Both the position numbers and the translations under genes were made by a program. Shown one piece after another: positions 13,532 through 27,725 of a stretch of 64,000 bases of DNA. Below the pieces are notes generated by a model. It saw nothing but the letters and a program-made list of their open reading frames with translations, was not told the origin of the DNA and ran no database searches. Every line of letters begins with the position of its first letter. Within the stretch, counting starts at the first letter, position 1. The stretch spans positions 306,218,001-306,282,000 of the forward strand of contig OZ024741.1 in assembly GCA_964016885.1 (NCBI GenBank). Direction: 5' to 3'. The DNA comes from Eledone cirrhosa. Lineage: Eukaryota.

Positions 13532-13611
13532 CTTCCCTGACGACGGAATGTTTCTCTATGTCTTCTTCTGAAAATATATTTACTCCATTCCAGAAACTAA
13601 TTAGTTGGAAG
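13532..13611 (+). ncRNA. Type I hammerhead ribozyme, complete
   Basis: cttcc-CTGACGA-c-ggaatg-(large loop)-cattcc-a-GAAAC-taatta-GTT-ggaag; palindromic stem III AACTAATTAGTT. Confidence 0.8.
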
Positions 13612-14053
13612 TGATATTTTAGTAAGTAAGTTAATTTTATAATTTTCTTATTTTACGTCTCTCATATTATTGTTCTGCAACCCCATGCATTGAACCACAA
13701 TGTTACTAAGACAACACCTATATATTTGCTAGCATTGATATGCATCTGTATGTATATATATGTTACTAGATATTAATTCTTTATAATTATCTCCAAATTA
13801 TTTGTCGAGCAATATTGGCCATGACTGCTGCTATGGTAGCAGGCAGGCCGCTGTCTTATTAGCAAACCACTTTCCACTGATTGACCTCGATGTCACGTGA
13901 TTGATTCTTTTTGAATTTGCCACAGACGCAGAGGCAGTGATTTTCTCAATGGCTAGGAATTAAGTCCACGCTTTGCTATTTCCTATCCACTGTATTATTT
14001 TTTAATAAGTTTCCAGAGTCCACGCTTTGCCTGGATACTTAGATGAGAATAGT

Positions 14054-14133
14054 CTTCCCTGACGACGGAATGTTTCTCTATGTCTTCTTCGGAAAATATA
14101 TTTACTCCATTCCAGAAACTAATTAGTTGTAAG
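14054..14133 (+). ncRNA. Type I hammerhead ribozyme, second copy with one stem I mismatch
   Basis: Same as 13532-13611 except the stem I 3' strand reads gtaag, plus one loop substitution. Confidence 0.7.
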
Positions 14134-14189
14134 TGATATTTTAGTAAGTAAGTTAATTTTATAATTTTCTTATTTTACGTCTCTCATAC

Positions 14190-14369
<180 letters not shown>

Positions 14370-14434
14370 ATATTATATATATATATTATATATATATATA
14401 TATATTATATATATATATATTATATATATATATA

Positions 14435-15189
14435 TAGTAGAATAATCGAGAATCGGAATATCAGCCCACGAAATCACGATAAACAATATCCGATATATGT
14501 GGCAGAGGGCTCAATAATTTGGAAAAATCAGAGCTATAACTATCGTTAAAATACCAACACATAGAGATCATGCCTAAAATCACCCGTGCAGCCGAAAAAG
14601 AACGACCAGGAAGATTCGGGTCACTCAAATAAAATATCAATAAATTAATAAATTAAATGAATGTAAAAAACTCACCCGGACCCGCTAGAAAGATGTTAAA
14701 TCTAGCTTCTTGGGTTTCTGCAATTCCTTAATCCAATCACTATCAGCCCACATAAAAAATATATAAGACTTCTAGAGAAGAGATGAACGTGGAAAGGCTT
14801 CTTCAACGAGTATTTCGTTCCATAATACAGAGAGGACCCAAAGCCAAAAAACGCACATGGTATTCAGCAAGGGAGGGAACCCCTATATTAGCGAAAGAAT
14901 TCGGTGATGTGTAAATTATGTAAGAATACAAATTATCACATATCGAATCAGAGTGCTCAACAGACATGTTAAAATAAACAAGAGCTATTCATCAGTCAAT
15001 AAGATCAACAAAAAAAATCATCAATGAAATTAACTGGTCAATAGCTAAGGTCTAGAGCTAAATATAGTAGAATAATCGAGAATCGGAATATCAGCCCACG
15101 AAATCACGATAAACAATATCCGATATATGTGGCAGAGGGCTCAATAATTTGGAAAAATCAGAGCTATAACTATCGTTAAAATACCAACA
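14435..15189. mobile_element. Non-coding element with ~125-bp identical terminal direct repeats (630-nt period) abutting (TA)n
   Basis: 14435-14559 equals 15065-15189. Confidence 0.65.
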
Positions 15190-15234
15190 TAAAGTGTTTC
15201 CGTAGGAAAGGTAAAGGAAAGGAGAGTGATCTAT

Positions 15235-15832
<598 letters not shown>

Positions 15833-16194
15833 CAACGAAGGAGTTGTGGTAAGGAACCAGATGGACCATAACGCACCAGAGTACTCAATACTTAGGGTAG
15901 TAGAGTGGGTAATAGGAAAAAGTATGACCCCGACAACAGAGCTCAAGCCGTTTCGACGGCTATTTCTGGACTGGATACGTCTCGATCCGAGGAATGCGCG
16001 ATTTCAGAGTCAGGTTTGATCACCATATCGATCGTGCCTCGAGCTGGTCGCCCGAGAAACAATTATAATATGTCCAATAAATTCCTTCGTCGCAACACAG
16101 ATTCTCTTTTTTCTGTGATATCATACACTGTTCTACGAGGGCATCGAGTGCTCACACGGCCTACCGCATACGGACGCTTTAAGCATCCAACACC

Positions 16195-16266
<72 letters not shown>

Positions 16267-16388
16267 CGACAACCTGTTGCGCATATCTCTATGCATGAAA
16301 TTGCATGCCAGCAGGTGGTTGACATGGTAGAGCTGCACTTGTCTGTTCTTCTCATGTAACCGTTTTTCCGTGTGCATTCTCCCCCTCA

Positions 16389-16471
<83 letters not shown>

Positions 16472-16474
16472 AGA

Positions 16475-17225
16475 AAAATTTGAAAAGCATTTACCAGTTA
16501 TATTTCGCTAGTTAACACTGTACGTATGTATAGAAAAAATATGGTATATATATAGATAAATATTTACATATATGTATTTATATACACAGTAGATGTATAC
16601 AATTACCAATGTTTTTTTCCTAATCTGGTTCTAAAATAAAAATTGAACTGCTACGATAAACATAAGAAAACGGAATTGTACAATAATTGAAATGTCTCCA
16701 CAGCAAGAAGAAAGAAACGATTCCAGATTAGGAAAAAATACTCGGTAATTGTATACAGTATACCTCGGCATTAGCGGTCCCGGTTATTCGCGGAATTTTC
16801 CTGAGAACCTAACTAATACTTGTTCGTTGAAACCACCGCATATTCGCGGAATCGTAAATTTCTTCCGCAGTTTTTTATGGCTTTTTTCGTGGCAATATAC
16901 ATTCTTCACGCGTTTTAATGCTAAATTATTAATAACAATATACCGTATTCGCCGGCCAATTGTACGCCCCTTCGCATAAGACGCTCCCTTTTTTATTATT
17001 ATATTTTACGGTATATTTTGACGTTTATAGGTATTTTTATGGGCCACATCTAATATTCGCGGTTTTTCACTCTTCGCGGGTGCCCTAGGAACGTAACCCA
17101 CCCGAATACCAGGGACAACTGTATATATATAAATATTTATCGCTCTATATATACAATATTTTTTCTATACATACGTACAATGCTAACTAACAAAATATAA
17201 CTGCCAAATACTTTTCAATTTTTTT
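16475..17225. mobile_element. Nested MITEs (outer palindromic element, inner CAGT..ACTG Tigger-like, innermost TACCGTA..TACGGTA)
   Basis: Inverted arms ~16475-16575/17122-17225; inner TIRs at ~16756 and ~17121 with TA flanks; innermost at 16941-17013. Confidence 0.55.
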
Positions 17226-17631
17226 TTTTATGACTGAATAAATAAACTATCGTAACTTTATAAAAAAAAAACTCTAACAACCTTCTGCATTAACCAATTC
17301 CTAGCTATCTAACACATTTTCTTGAAAAAGTAAAGAACTACTCGTAGAAATATATGAATAAATTATAATTTCATATCCTTGACCTTTTTACAATTTTGGA
17401 TTATAGATGGTCTGCTATCTGAACCACCCTTAACAACAGGATATTTTAACTGTGGATATCGTAATCGTCCAGTTTTTACTCCAAAGAGACTGAGGGCGAT
17501 AAGGTGCATTGAACTTATCTCATCTTACCAAAGAATATATGAAGTACTACACTATAACCACATAATGTATTCACACTTTTCACACTTTGATTAGAATGCT
17601 GTTAAAGTGTGTATACATTCTTTGGGACACC

Positions 17632-17707
<76 letters not shown>

Positions 17708-17715
17708 CTGGTTAC

Positions 17716-17913
<198 letters not shown>

Positions 17914-18019
17914 TACTGAGTGCTCATTCACTGGGTGGTAGAGTGTTGAAATTTATTTTCCAAGTAGAAAAGTGACAGCTAAATGAAGCCACTAAGGTGA
18001 AACTTCGAAATTATTGCCA

Positions 18020-18121
<102 letters not shown>

Positions 18122-18626
18122 TGTGTGTGTCTGTGTGTGTGTGTGTTTGTCTGTGTATAAAGAGAGGGAGAGAAAGAGAGAGAAGGGGAGTGGGTGGCTG
18201 TGTGTATAAGTTGGTAACTCCCAATACTTATCGCCAGAAGATAATTTCTTGTAAAAAAAACAAAAAAATGGTTGAAACACGTGACTTAAAGACGAAAATT
18301 CAGAAGATATTCTGGATAAGAAATTACATGACTTTTCTCCCGTTCTTTTTAGTGAAGCCGTCATCCGTGAGGTGGTAAGGTGGATGGGTTGTAGGTGTGA
18401 AACTGTGAAGTCTACCGGATGCTCTCACCTCCCACCACCACCACCACCAATAATGTCTTCTATACTCCAGGTCACCAGAGATATACTACAGTGCCCTGGT
18501 TATATACATCTATATCTGTTGACGTCAATATTACATGCTTACAAAAGAGAGAATCTCTTTCAACGCGGCCATTCAACCCACTAAAATATCAGTCAATGCA
18601 TTCATAAAACTCATTTTAGTATCATT

Positions 18627-18843
18627 AATGATTTCTAGTATAGGTACAAGGTCAGTAATTTGGGGAAGGGGATAGTCGATTAAATCGACCCCAGTGCGTG
18701 ATTGGTGCTTTATTTTATCGACCCCGTAAGGATGAAAAGCAAAGTTAACCTCGACGGGATTTGAACTCAGACCGTAAATGGCCGTAACTCTATGCTGCAA
18801 AGCATGGCGTCTGACTCTCTACCAATGCTGCCAATCCACCGCT
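18627..18843 (-). mobile_element. SINE family C copy with TSD
   Basis: Similarity to 8795-8982; flanking direct repeat ctcat(t/c)ttagtatcattaatga. Confidence 0.85.
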
Positions 18844-20044
18844 CTTCATCTTAGTATCATTAATGAAAAGAGAAAAGAAAAAAGAAAAAAGGACCCATTG
18901 GATAATATAGGGCGGAGCAGTGTCGGTTTTACTATTGTTCTTAGACGTGCTTAAGAACAGGGCTCTGTTGGCCAGGATGAGGTCCCATCTACCTGCCAAA
19001 AGATATTTTTACCTTCTTCAGGGCCGAAGTAAGGGGTATCATAACTTAACTAGCACAGGGCCTCATTTGTCCTAAATCCAGAATGCCTCTGTTAAATCGA
19101 AGCCGTCTTGGAGCTAAATATCAACGTATATATTACGTTTACGTGTGTGTATATTTGTAAGTCCATTCTATATATGTGTATGTCTGTGTGTACATATATG
19201 TGCGCGCATATATTTAGGTGTGTGTGAGGGGAGGCATTGAAAACATAGTAAATGTGGGGGAGTTAGAGGAAGCGGAACTGCTGGTTGTGGTGGTGTGGAT
19301 GATGATGATGACGACGATAACGATGATGATGATGACGACGATAATGATGATGATGATGATGATGATGAAGACGGTAATAATGAGGTTATGATGATGAACT
19401 GATCGTTCTGATATCTGGGGGGGGGGTCTCAATTGCAAGTTCTATATCTTCGGGTACTAGGTATATACCAGTAATATGGAGGCGATCATCAAGATCGCAG
19501 ACCTCACTCGCTTACCGAGTGCAGTGGAACTCTTCAAATCGAACCAGGGAAATAATGTTTCTATTGGTCTTGCCATTGCTGGTGCTATCTATCGGCTGCA
19601 ACTCCTGGCTGAAAGAGCAACTTGAAATAAAGTGTTTGCTCAAGGACATAACGCATCGCCCGGTCCGGGAATCGAACGCGCAATCTCACGATTGCGAATC
19701 CCATTCTCTAACCACTAAGCCTTCACCAGTAATATGTTGCCGACAATTGAATAAAAAATAAATATTAGTAATAAATTTTGGTTAATGTTATTGTTTAGCA
19801 AATTAGCCATGATCATAATTAAAGGTGTTACAGCCGTGACCAACCCGTCATTTGTTCAAACACCTACCATTTTATAGGGCCATGTTATCTAACATGTCAG
19901 TCCTTTTTTTAAGATAATAGTTTTAATGTAGCAATATCCACGTCTCGGATAAATCTCATTGGATACGGTTCGAAGTTTGCCCCAAGTATCGTATGAAGAT
20001 GATATGATTTCTGTTTTTATTTTTCAAACACAGATGATCTCATC

Positions 20045-20436
20045 CCTTATTGTTGCAGTTCAACCCCTGACATCGTACAAAGATGATCTGATTTCTGTTA
20101 CAGTTAAACCCCTTATATGGTACAAAGATAATCTGATCTCTGTTAGAGTTCAACCCTTGATATGGTACAAAGATGATCTGATTTCTGTTACAGTTAAACC
20201 CCTTATATGGGGTACAAAGATGATCTGATCTCTGTTACAGTTCAACCCCTGAGATGGTACAAAGATGATCTGATCTCTGTTACAGTTCAACCCCTGATAT
20301 GGTACAAAGATGATCTGATCGCTGTTACAGTTAAACTCCTTATATGGTACAAAAATGATCTGATTTCTGTTACAGTTCAACCCTTGATATGGTACAAAGA
20401 TGATCTGGTCTCTGTTGTTGTCATTCAACCCCTGAT
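20045..20436. repeat. 45-bp minisatellite, ~9 units
   Basis: Unit tggtacaaagatgatctgatctctgttacagttcaacccctgata. Confidence 0.95.
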
Positions 20437-20509
20437 GTGTGTGTTCGTGTGCGTATGTGCACCTTTGTGTGTTCGTTTGTGTTCGTTTGTGTTTGTGTGT
20501 GTTCGTGTG

Positions 20510-20596
<87 letters not shown>

Positions 20597-20810
20597 AAAG
20601 AAAAAGGAAAAAGAGCATTGGAATTTGTACAAATGTTTGTGCAATACGGATTATAATACTTCGGTGTTCGTTCCAGTTCAGGTTCATTGCACTCTGATTT
20701 GAAATTCAACCGAGGTCAACTTTACTTTTCATCCTTCCGAGGTCGATAAAATAAAGAACCAGTCAAACAATGGTACTTCTCTCTTCTCTTCTCTCTCTCT
20801 CTCTCTATAC

Positions 20811-20856
<46 letters not shown>

Positions 20857-20976
20857 CTGTGTCTGTGTGTGTGTATATGTGTATCTGTGTATGCGTAAAG
20901 TAAACAGAAAAACGAAGCAAACAATAAAGTACAATGAAGACATATTAATTTCACGCTTGATTTAATAGAAAAAGAC

Positions 20977-21012
20977 TCTTGACGTTTTGGATACTAGTCT
21001 TTCATCAGACGA
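20977..21012 (-). ncRNA. Degenerate hammerhead ribozyme in a PLE-type terminus
   Basis: Minus strand tcgt-CTGATGA-aagactagtatcc-AAAAC-GTC-aaga; related to 6873-6908. Confidence 0.5.
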
Positions 21013-21429
21013 TGGAATGAGAAATAAAAGAAGTAGAAAGATAGAGGGTGAGAAGAGGAAGATTTGGAAAATACATTGGGGGGGGGGGGGGGGGGGGTCA
21101 CGAAGAAATTGGCTGCGTTCCAACCTGGGAAGAGGTGGCTATGCCGGAATTAAAATGCCCAAGACATGCCGTGTATCAGAACGGCGTCCCTGCGACTCCA
21201 TCAGGAGTTAAGGCCCATCTCTTCTCTGGAATACATGCAGCCATTCATTCTTTAATACAATAATTTGCTAGATAGTTCAGCTGAATAATTAGAATACTCA
21301 TCGTAGAAACCGCTGGAGTGTCCCACAAAAATGTATACACACATTGATTACCTGTACAGGCAATATTTATTAGAATGCTATTGAAGTTGTATACATTTTT
21401 TGGGACACCCTGTATTTAGTAAATGTAGT

Positions 21430-23157
21430 GTAATTGCTGTGTGTATGTGTGTTAGTGTTGTGGCTAGTTCTTCTATGTGTTTGTGTGTGTGGTGTGAGTG
21501 CGTCAGTGTTGTAGTGAATATTTCTCCTAAATGTTTGTATGTGTGTGTGTGTATGTAGTGTATAAATGTGTATGCGTGTGTGTGTTCATGTGTATGTTTG
21601 TGTGTATAGTGTATGAGTGTGTGTACGTGTGCGTGTGTATGTGTGTGTGTATGTAGTCTGTGAGTATGTATGCGTGTGTGTGAGTAGCGTGTGAGTGTGT
21701 ATGCGTGGGTGTGCATGTGTGTGTGCGTGATATGTGTATGTGTGTGTGTATGTGTGTGTGAACGTTTGCGTGTGTATATGTGTGTGTATGTGCATGTGCA
21801 TATGTATGTGTGTAAGCGTGTGTGTGTGCATGAGTGTGTGTGTGTATGTGCGTGTGTATGTGTAAGTGTGTGTGTGTGCATGTGTGTGTGTGTGCATGTG
21901 TATGCGTATGTGTGTATGTGTGTGTGTATGTGTGTATGTGTGTATGTGTGTATGTGTGTGTATGTGTGTTCTTTCTGGAATGTCACACACAGCTTACAAA
22001 GAAGGTAAATAGAATATCTTTATTGACACCTGGACAATTTTATTTATACAACTTATTCTTCATTCGTATTGATGTGAGTGTGAGTGTGTATAGGAAGGTG
22101 GGGGAGTGAAGAGGGGGAAAGAAGAGGTTGGGGGGAGAATTGACCCTAGTGCTGGACTGGTAACTTATCTATCGACCCTGAAAGTATGGAAGGTAAAGTT
22201 AGCAGGATTCGAGATCAAAACGCAAAGAGCCGGAACGTTGTGGTGGTGGTGGTGATTAGTGGTGATAGTGGTGGTGTTGGCGGTGGTGGTGGTGGCAGTG
22301 GTGGTGGTGGTGGTGGTGGTGGTGGTGGTGATGGTGGTGATGGTGGTGGTGGTGGTGGTGGTGGTAGTGATGGTGGTGGTGATGATGGTGATAATGGTGA
22401 TGATTGTGATGGTGGTGATGGTGGTGGTGGTGGTGGGGTGGTGGTGGTGGTGGTGATGATGGTTAGTGGCGGTGGTGGTGCTGGTGGTGGTGATGGTGGT
22501 GGTGGTGATGGTGGTGGTGGTGATGGTGGTGGTGATGATGGTTAGTGGTGGTGGTGGTGGTGGTAGTGGTGGTGGTGGTGATGATGGTTAGTGGTGGTGT
22601 TGGTGGTGATGGTGGTGGTGGTGGTAGAGGTGGTGGTGATAGTGGAGGTAGCTCGCCTGGCACATGAACACAGCGTCGGTGGCGGGATGCGAACTCTTGA
22701 CTCTTCGGCTTCTAGGGTTAGCAAGTATTTCCATCTCGGCCAGTTGAGTTTGTGGTAGGACCGTAGCACTTCCATTTGAAACCATCTGACTAGTGGCGGT
22801 GTTGCTAGTGATTATGACGACGACGATGAGGGGGGGGGGGGTGATGATGGGGGGGGGGGATGAGGAGGATGGGGAGGATGCGGAGGAGAGGGATAAAGAG
22901 GTTGGAGGAAGGGAGGAGGATGGGAAAGGTGATGATGGGAGATGAGGGGGAGGAGGAGAGGGAGCGGGGGTAAGGATGTGGGAGGAAGGGAGGAGGAAAA
23001 GGAAGAGAATGAGGAAGAAAGTGAGGGGATGATGATGACGATGAGGATGAGGATGATGATGATGATGATGAGGAGGAGGATGATGATGGTGGTGGTGATG
23101 AAGATGATGATGATGAGGAGGAGGGGGGGAGGAGAAAGAGAAGGAGAATGAGAAGGT

Positions 23158-23189
<32 letters not shown>

Positions 23190-23587
23190 AAAGAGGGGTA
23201 TGAGGATGAGGAGGAGGGGAGGAAGAGGTGGATAAGGAGGATGATGATGATGAGGATAAGTAGGAGTATAAGGAGAACGACGACGACGACTACAGAAATG
23301 TGGAGATTAGCATGTCAACCATATAAAACGTGTCGAGACTGACTGACTCCGGAAAGAAACCAGAAACTTTATATATGTAATAGCGTAATGACATTCCCCC
23401 AGGGTGAGGCACAATACTCTGAGTGGTTATAGAATATATCTTCTAAACAACAATTACAACAACAACGAATAGAGCAACAACAATAACAGTAACATCAATA
23501 AACGACAACAATAACAGTAAGATCAACCAACAACAACAAGGACAACAACAACGAACAGATCAACAATAACAGCAACACCAAGCAACG

Positions 23588-23677
<90 letters not shown>

Positions 23678-23725
23678 GCGGCAACAACAACGAATAGATC
23701 AACAACAATAACAGCAACACCAAGC

Positions 23726-23771
<46 letters not shown>

Positions 23772-23940
23772 GCAGCAGCAGCAGCGGCAACAACAACAAC
23801 AGCGAATAGATCAACAACAATAACAGCAACACCAAGCAACGACAATAATAACAGCAACACCAACAAACGACAACAATAACAGCAACACCAACCACCACCA
23901 ACAACAGCAAGAACGGCAACAACAATAAGAACAAAACAGA
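21430..23940. repeat. Compound simple-repeat block (TG-rich, GGT/GAT, GGA, AAC)
   Basis: Direct reading. Confidence 0.95.
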
Positions 23941-24156
23941 ACATGCCAAGAAATATCAGATATACATAATCATAGTAGAAAACACATTGAAAGCCTTGCT
24001 TACGTGACTGGCAATTCAAATGGAAATATTTTCATGGAAATACAGGAAGTCAATAAAACCAGCCAATTCTGACATTAATAACGATGGTGCCCTACAGGCA
24101 ACGAATCAGACTCGACGGCAGCCAACCCTCTCACCCCTCTCCTCATCGGAACAAAT

Positions 24157-24445
24157 CTTCTTCTTCTTCTTCTTCTTCTTCTTCTTCTTCTTCTTCTTCT
24201 TCTTCTTCTTCTTCTTCTTCTTCTTCTTCTTCTTCTTCTTCTTCTTTTTCTTCTTCTTCTTCTTCTTCTTCTTCTTCTTCTTCTTCTTCTTCTTCTTGAG
24301 AAGGTCATAGGGGTAGAGTCCTCTAACACACCTTCCAGTGGATCCTGTCAGAAGCGATCCGGCTGTATCCCCAAGCGAGACCAGCCAAGCTCATGGATAT
24401 TATCCAACCATCTTGCTCGTAAAATCTGTCCAGTGATTCTATCCT
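24157..24445 (-). mobile_element. LINE (RTE-like) 3' end with (GAA)n tail
   Basis: Minus strand translates RARWLDNIHELGW and is followed by (GAA)n; homologous to 26265-26620. Confidence 0.6.
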
Positions 24446-24870
24446 GATCCTTTACTTAATCTTAATTTCCTGTACCACATAAAACTACATTAGCAAGGCA
24501 TTCTTGGAAAATACAACTATGACTGCATCACATAAAAAATTAGTCTTTACTGAAAATGTTCACATTGATTTGTCCACTAGTAAAGATATTGCAGACATTA
24601 GAATAAACAAACTACGTGAAGTCTCATTAGCAAGACATTCGAGTAACGTATGAAACAGCAACATGTCTGTATCACATTAAACAATAAGGTAATATTACAC
24701 ATTTTTACAACGATCTGGCCACTAGTAAAGATACAATAACCATTTTGAATTATTTTTGATTTGTTTTTCTGCTAAAACATTACTGAATGTTAAGAGTTAA
24801 TCTTAATATCCGTTCTGTGATGCAACACAGTAACAAAGTACCTTATGCCTCAATTAAAAATTACCAGGAT

Positions 24871-25032
24871 CTGACCTGCCAACCTCTAAAAACTCAAACG
24901 GGAAGAAATGAGGCAAAATGGGGAGATTTTACATAATGAAAGCTATACCCATTTTCACAAGAGAAACATCTCTCACTCACCCCAAAGACTATTGCAAATT
25001 TCCCAGTTGGACGGAGAGAGTTGACAGGTTTG
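24871..25032. mobile_element. MITE family A copy 2
   Basis: Reverse-orientation homology to 564-755. Confidence 0.75.
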
Positions 25033-26264
25033 CAGAATTAACCGATGATTAAACAACTACAACAACAACAATAACTGCACATATTATCTATTTTGTTGCT
25101 ACTCGTACCATCCCTGACGTAGTCATGGAGCGTATTAAGAGAAAATCAACTTGGTGAAACATATTTTTTATATAGAAGTGGTTCTTGCGGAAGCAGATTA
25201 ATTTGTTAATGCAAACTGATGAAACAGTCGCCAATTCTCTTATTTGAAATAAATTTGTTTATGATTTTTTTTTTTTAGTTAAAAAAAAAAAAAAAAAAAA
25301 AGTTAGTTGTTTTTTAGCTTAAAATTGAAAGAAATTCCTAAGTTTCTTAAGTCAGCATAGCCACACATCTCTCCTTCTCTCTTAACTTTAGAAATATCAT
25401 GAAACTTGTGAAACTGGTAAAGTTAAAAATTATTATAAAAAAAACCTTTCTTAAATTCCCTCAGTCCGGTTGCGAGTAAAATGCAAATACCGTTATGTTA
25501 GCTAAATCATTCGTTGTTAAAATTTATTTTGTCATCGACCACAGTTCCCGCTAAACTGTGCGCATGTGTGCACGGACACACGTTTTGCAAAACAAAATAT
25601 AATAATAAATAAATAAATGATTAAATAAGAAGAAAGAAAAAAAGAAAGAAAGAAAGAAGGGAAGGAAGAAGGAAAACTAACCAAAAATATAATGATTTCT
25701 GATTTAGGCACAAAGCAATTTAAGGGGAAGGGAAAGTGATTAAATCGACTCCAGTACATTACTGGTGCTTTATTTTATCGATCCCCTAAGGATGAAAGGT
25801 AAAGCTAACCTCGGCTTGATTTGAACTCAGAACGTAAAGAGTCGTAACTCGATACCGCGAAGTAACTCGATACGTGTACAAATGTTTAGTCGCCTAAAAT
25901 AATTGTTTCTACTTTTGGCACAAGACCATCAATTAACCAGTACATTACTGGTACTTTATTTTATCGACCCCGTAAGGATGAAAGGCAAAGTTAACCTCAT
26001 AATGTAGCAATTAAGAATTATATATTCAGTGGAGGTATGCTTTTGTTACATAGCCGAGGAGGGTATTAAGTTCGCTTCAGAAACGAGACCTTGGGTTCGA
26101 TCTCATTGCGTTGCATCTTGGACATCTCGGATCGGTCCCTTTTGAGTGAAAGTCGGTTGATGTGGGTAGTTAAGAGAAGAGGGTGTCGCTTCAAGTAGAG
26201 TCGTTCTTTTTCTAAATCGTAAGATCACGGCTCATGTACTGCAGACATGTGATAAGAATGTCCA

Positions 26265-26620
26265 ATTAAAGAATCGCTGGGCAGATATTACGGGCAAAGC
26301 CAACCGGAAGGAGACCCACAGGTAAACCAAGAGCAAGATGGTTGGATAATATCCAAGAGTTCGGTTGGTTTGGCTTTGTTCGTAAAATCAATTGGAGACG
26401 AACGCTTCTGATGTCGGAAGAAGAAGAAGAAAAAGAAGAAAAAGAAGAAGAAAAAGAAGAAGAAAAAGAAGAAAAAGAAGAAGAAAAAGAAGAAAAAGAA
26501 GAAGAAAAAGAAGAAAAAGAAGAAAAATAAGAAAAAGAAGAAAAAGAAGAAAAAGAAGAAGAAAATGAAAAAGAAAAAGAAAAAGAAGAAGAAGAAGAAG
26601 AAGAAGAAGAAGAAGAAGAA
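26265..26620 (+). mobile_element. LINE (RTE-like) 3' end with GAA-rich tail
   Basis: Translates RIAGQILRAKPTGRRPTGKPRARWLDNIQE, the GxRxxGxPxxRWxD C-terminal motif of RTE-type LINEs. Confidence 0.65.
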
Positions 26621-26718
26621 GGCCTGTCGGGTGGACTGTACATGACATGTAACTAAAATTTCCAGCTTTGTCACATATTGTGTCTTGTTGATTCGGCTTG
26701 GGGAATACGTTAAGGATA

Positions 26719-27068
26719 TACTCTCGGCTCTCGAATAATAACCCCCCCCCCCTACACACACCCTTGCTTATTAATTTTTCAGATTTTTTCCAACCTCCCG
26801 TTTATTAAATTTCACTAATCTATCTCCAGCGAAATGATAGCATTCCTGCAACTATTAATTTTCTTTAGATTATACATGACAAAAAAGTACATTACCAGAA
26901 ATCCCATACGTTATAAAATAAATAGGATGGGATGGGGTCTTAATGTGTAAGCTAAATGACAAATTCTGGTTTTTAAAACAAATCAAGGGAGACAACCTAG
27001 AAAAATTACCGATTTTCCAACCCCTATTATTTAGGACCCCACCCACTAATATTTGGAACCTGAGGGTA
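26719..27068. mobile_element. MITE family D (TACTCTC.G termini)
   Basis: tactctcggctctcgaataata ... tatttggaacctgagggta; reverse copy at ~49078-49393, fragment at ~53830-53990. Confidence 0.6.
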
Positions 27069-27096
27069 CGTGTCTGTGGAATACTCAGCAACTTAC

Positions 27097-27180
27097 ACGT
27101 TCATTTCACGCATCGAACGTTCAGTTGATCTGAATATTCCTCCTCAAAATCAACAGTGAATCTATCATCAAATAACAGAT
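27097..27180 (-). CDS. Candidate last coding exon of an unidentified host gene (DLLFDDRFTVDFEEEYSDQLNVRCVK*)
   Basis: Acceptor ctttccacag and donor gtaagt; one frame runs to TGA 4 nt before the donor. Confidence 0.45.
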
Positions 27181-27239
27181 CTGTGGAAAGTCAGTGGAAA
27201 CCTTTAGAAAATCTACACCCTACTCACTGCTTGACTTAC

Positions 27240-27250
27240 CATTGTGCTTC
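27240..27250 (-). CDS. Candidate 11-nt micro-exon (GAAGCACAATG)
   Basis: tttttttggcag | exon | gtaagtc; phase-compatible with both neighbouring candidate exons. Confidence 0.4.
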
Positions 27251-27443
27251 CTGCCAAAAAAATTTTTTACGATGAATTTTTCAAATGTTTTTCAAGTACG
27301 GGTCCTCATAACAAGCACAGGGCCACATTTGTCCTAAATCCGGCACTGATCCTATTGTTTTAATATTATCAGATTTTATAAAATTACTCTATACTTTTTT
27401 GACGATTATATTTCAACATTTTCAATTGCTTCTTTAACCACTA

Positions 27444-27516
27444 GCCGAAATATCTCAGTTGGGAGAGCGTTAGACTGAAGATCTAAAGGTCCCTTGTTCA
27501 ATCCCGGATTCCGGCA
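27444..27516 (+). tRNA. tRNA-Phe(GAA), possibly a pseudogene
   Basis: Matches the canonical metazoan tRNA-Phe (GCCGAAATAGCTCAGTTGGGAGAGCGTTAGACTGAAGATCTAAAGG...) with substitutions in the D, T and acceptor stems. Confidence 0.9.
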
Positions 27517-27725
27517 TCCCGTGACTAGTCTGAATTTTTGATAAGGTGGTGCCCAACCATGGCCTCAGTCGGATGGCTGGAACATGTAAAAGAGTACAAA
27601 CATAATTTTTTATCTAATCCCCACTCCATCAAGAAAGGTTTTTGTCGAAAACTTCACTGCAGTAGAATTTATTATATTTTATGAATTAGCATGTATATCC
27701 ATAATGTTTTACATATTGGCAGTAT

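Larger units (their letters stand above)
13303..14188 (+). mobile_element. Non-coding retrozyme-like element: inverted arm + 522-nt monomer + partial repeat, two HHRs
   Basis: 13303-13530 is the reverse complement of 13554-13783; 13531-13665 is directly repeated at 14053-14187; flanked by long (TA)n. Confidence 0.8.

Noticed and set aside
20045-20436. CRISPR-like regular array
   Set aside because: Head-to-tail tandem repeat with no unique spacers, eukaryotic context, no cas genes
25470-25590. Promoter-like cluster (octamer ATGCAAAT, E2F-like TTCCCGC, TGCGCA)
   Set aside because: Short motifs expected by chance and no linked transcript evidence; the same applies to CCGGAA/CACGTG at ~58245
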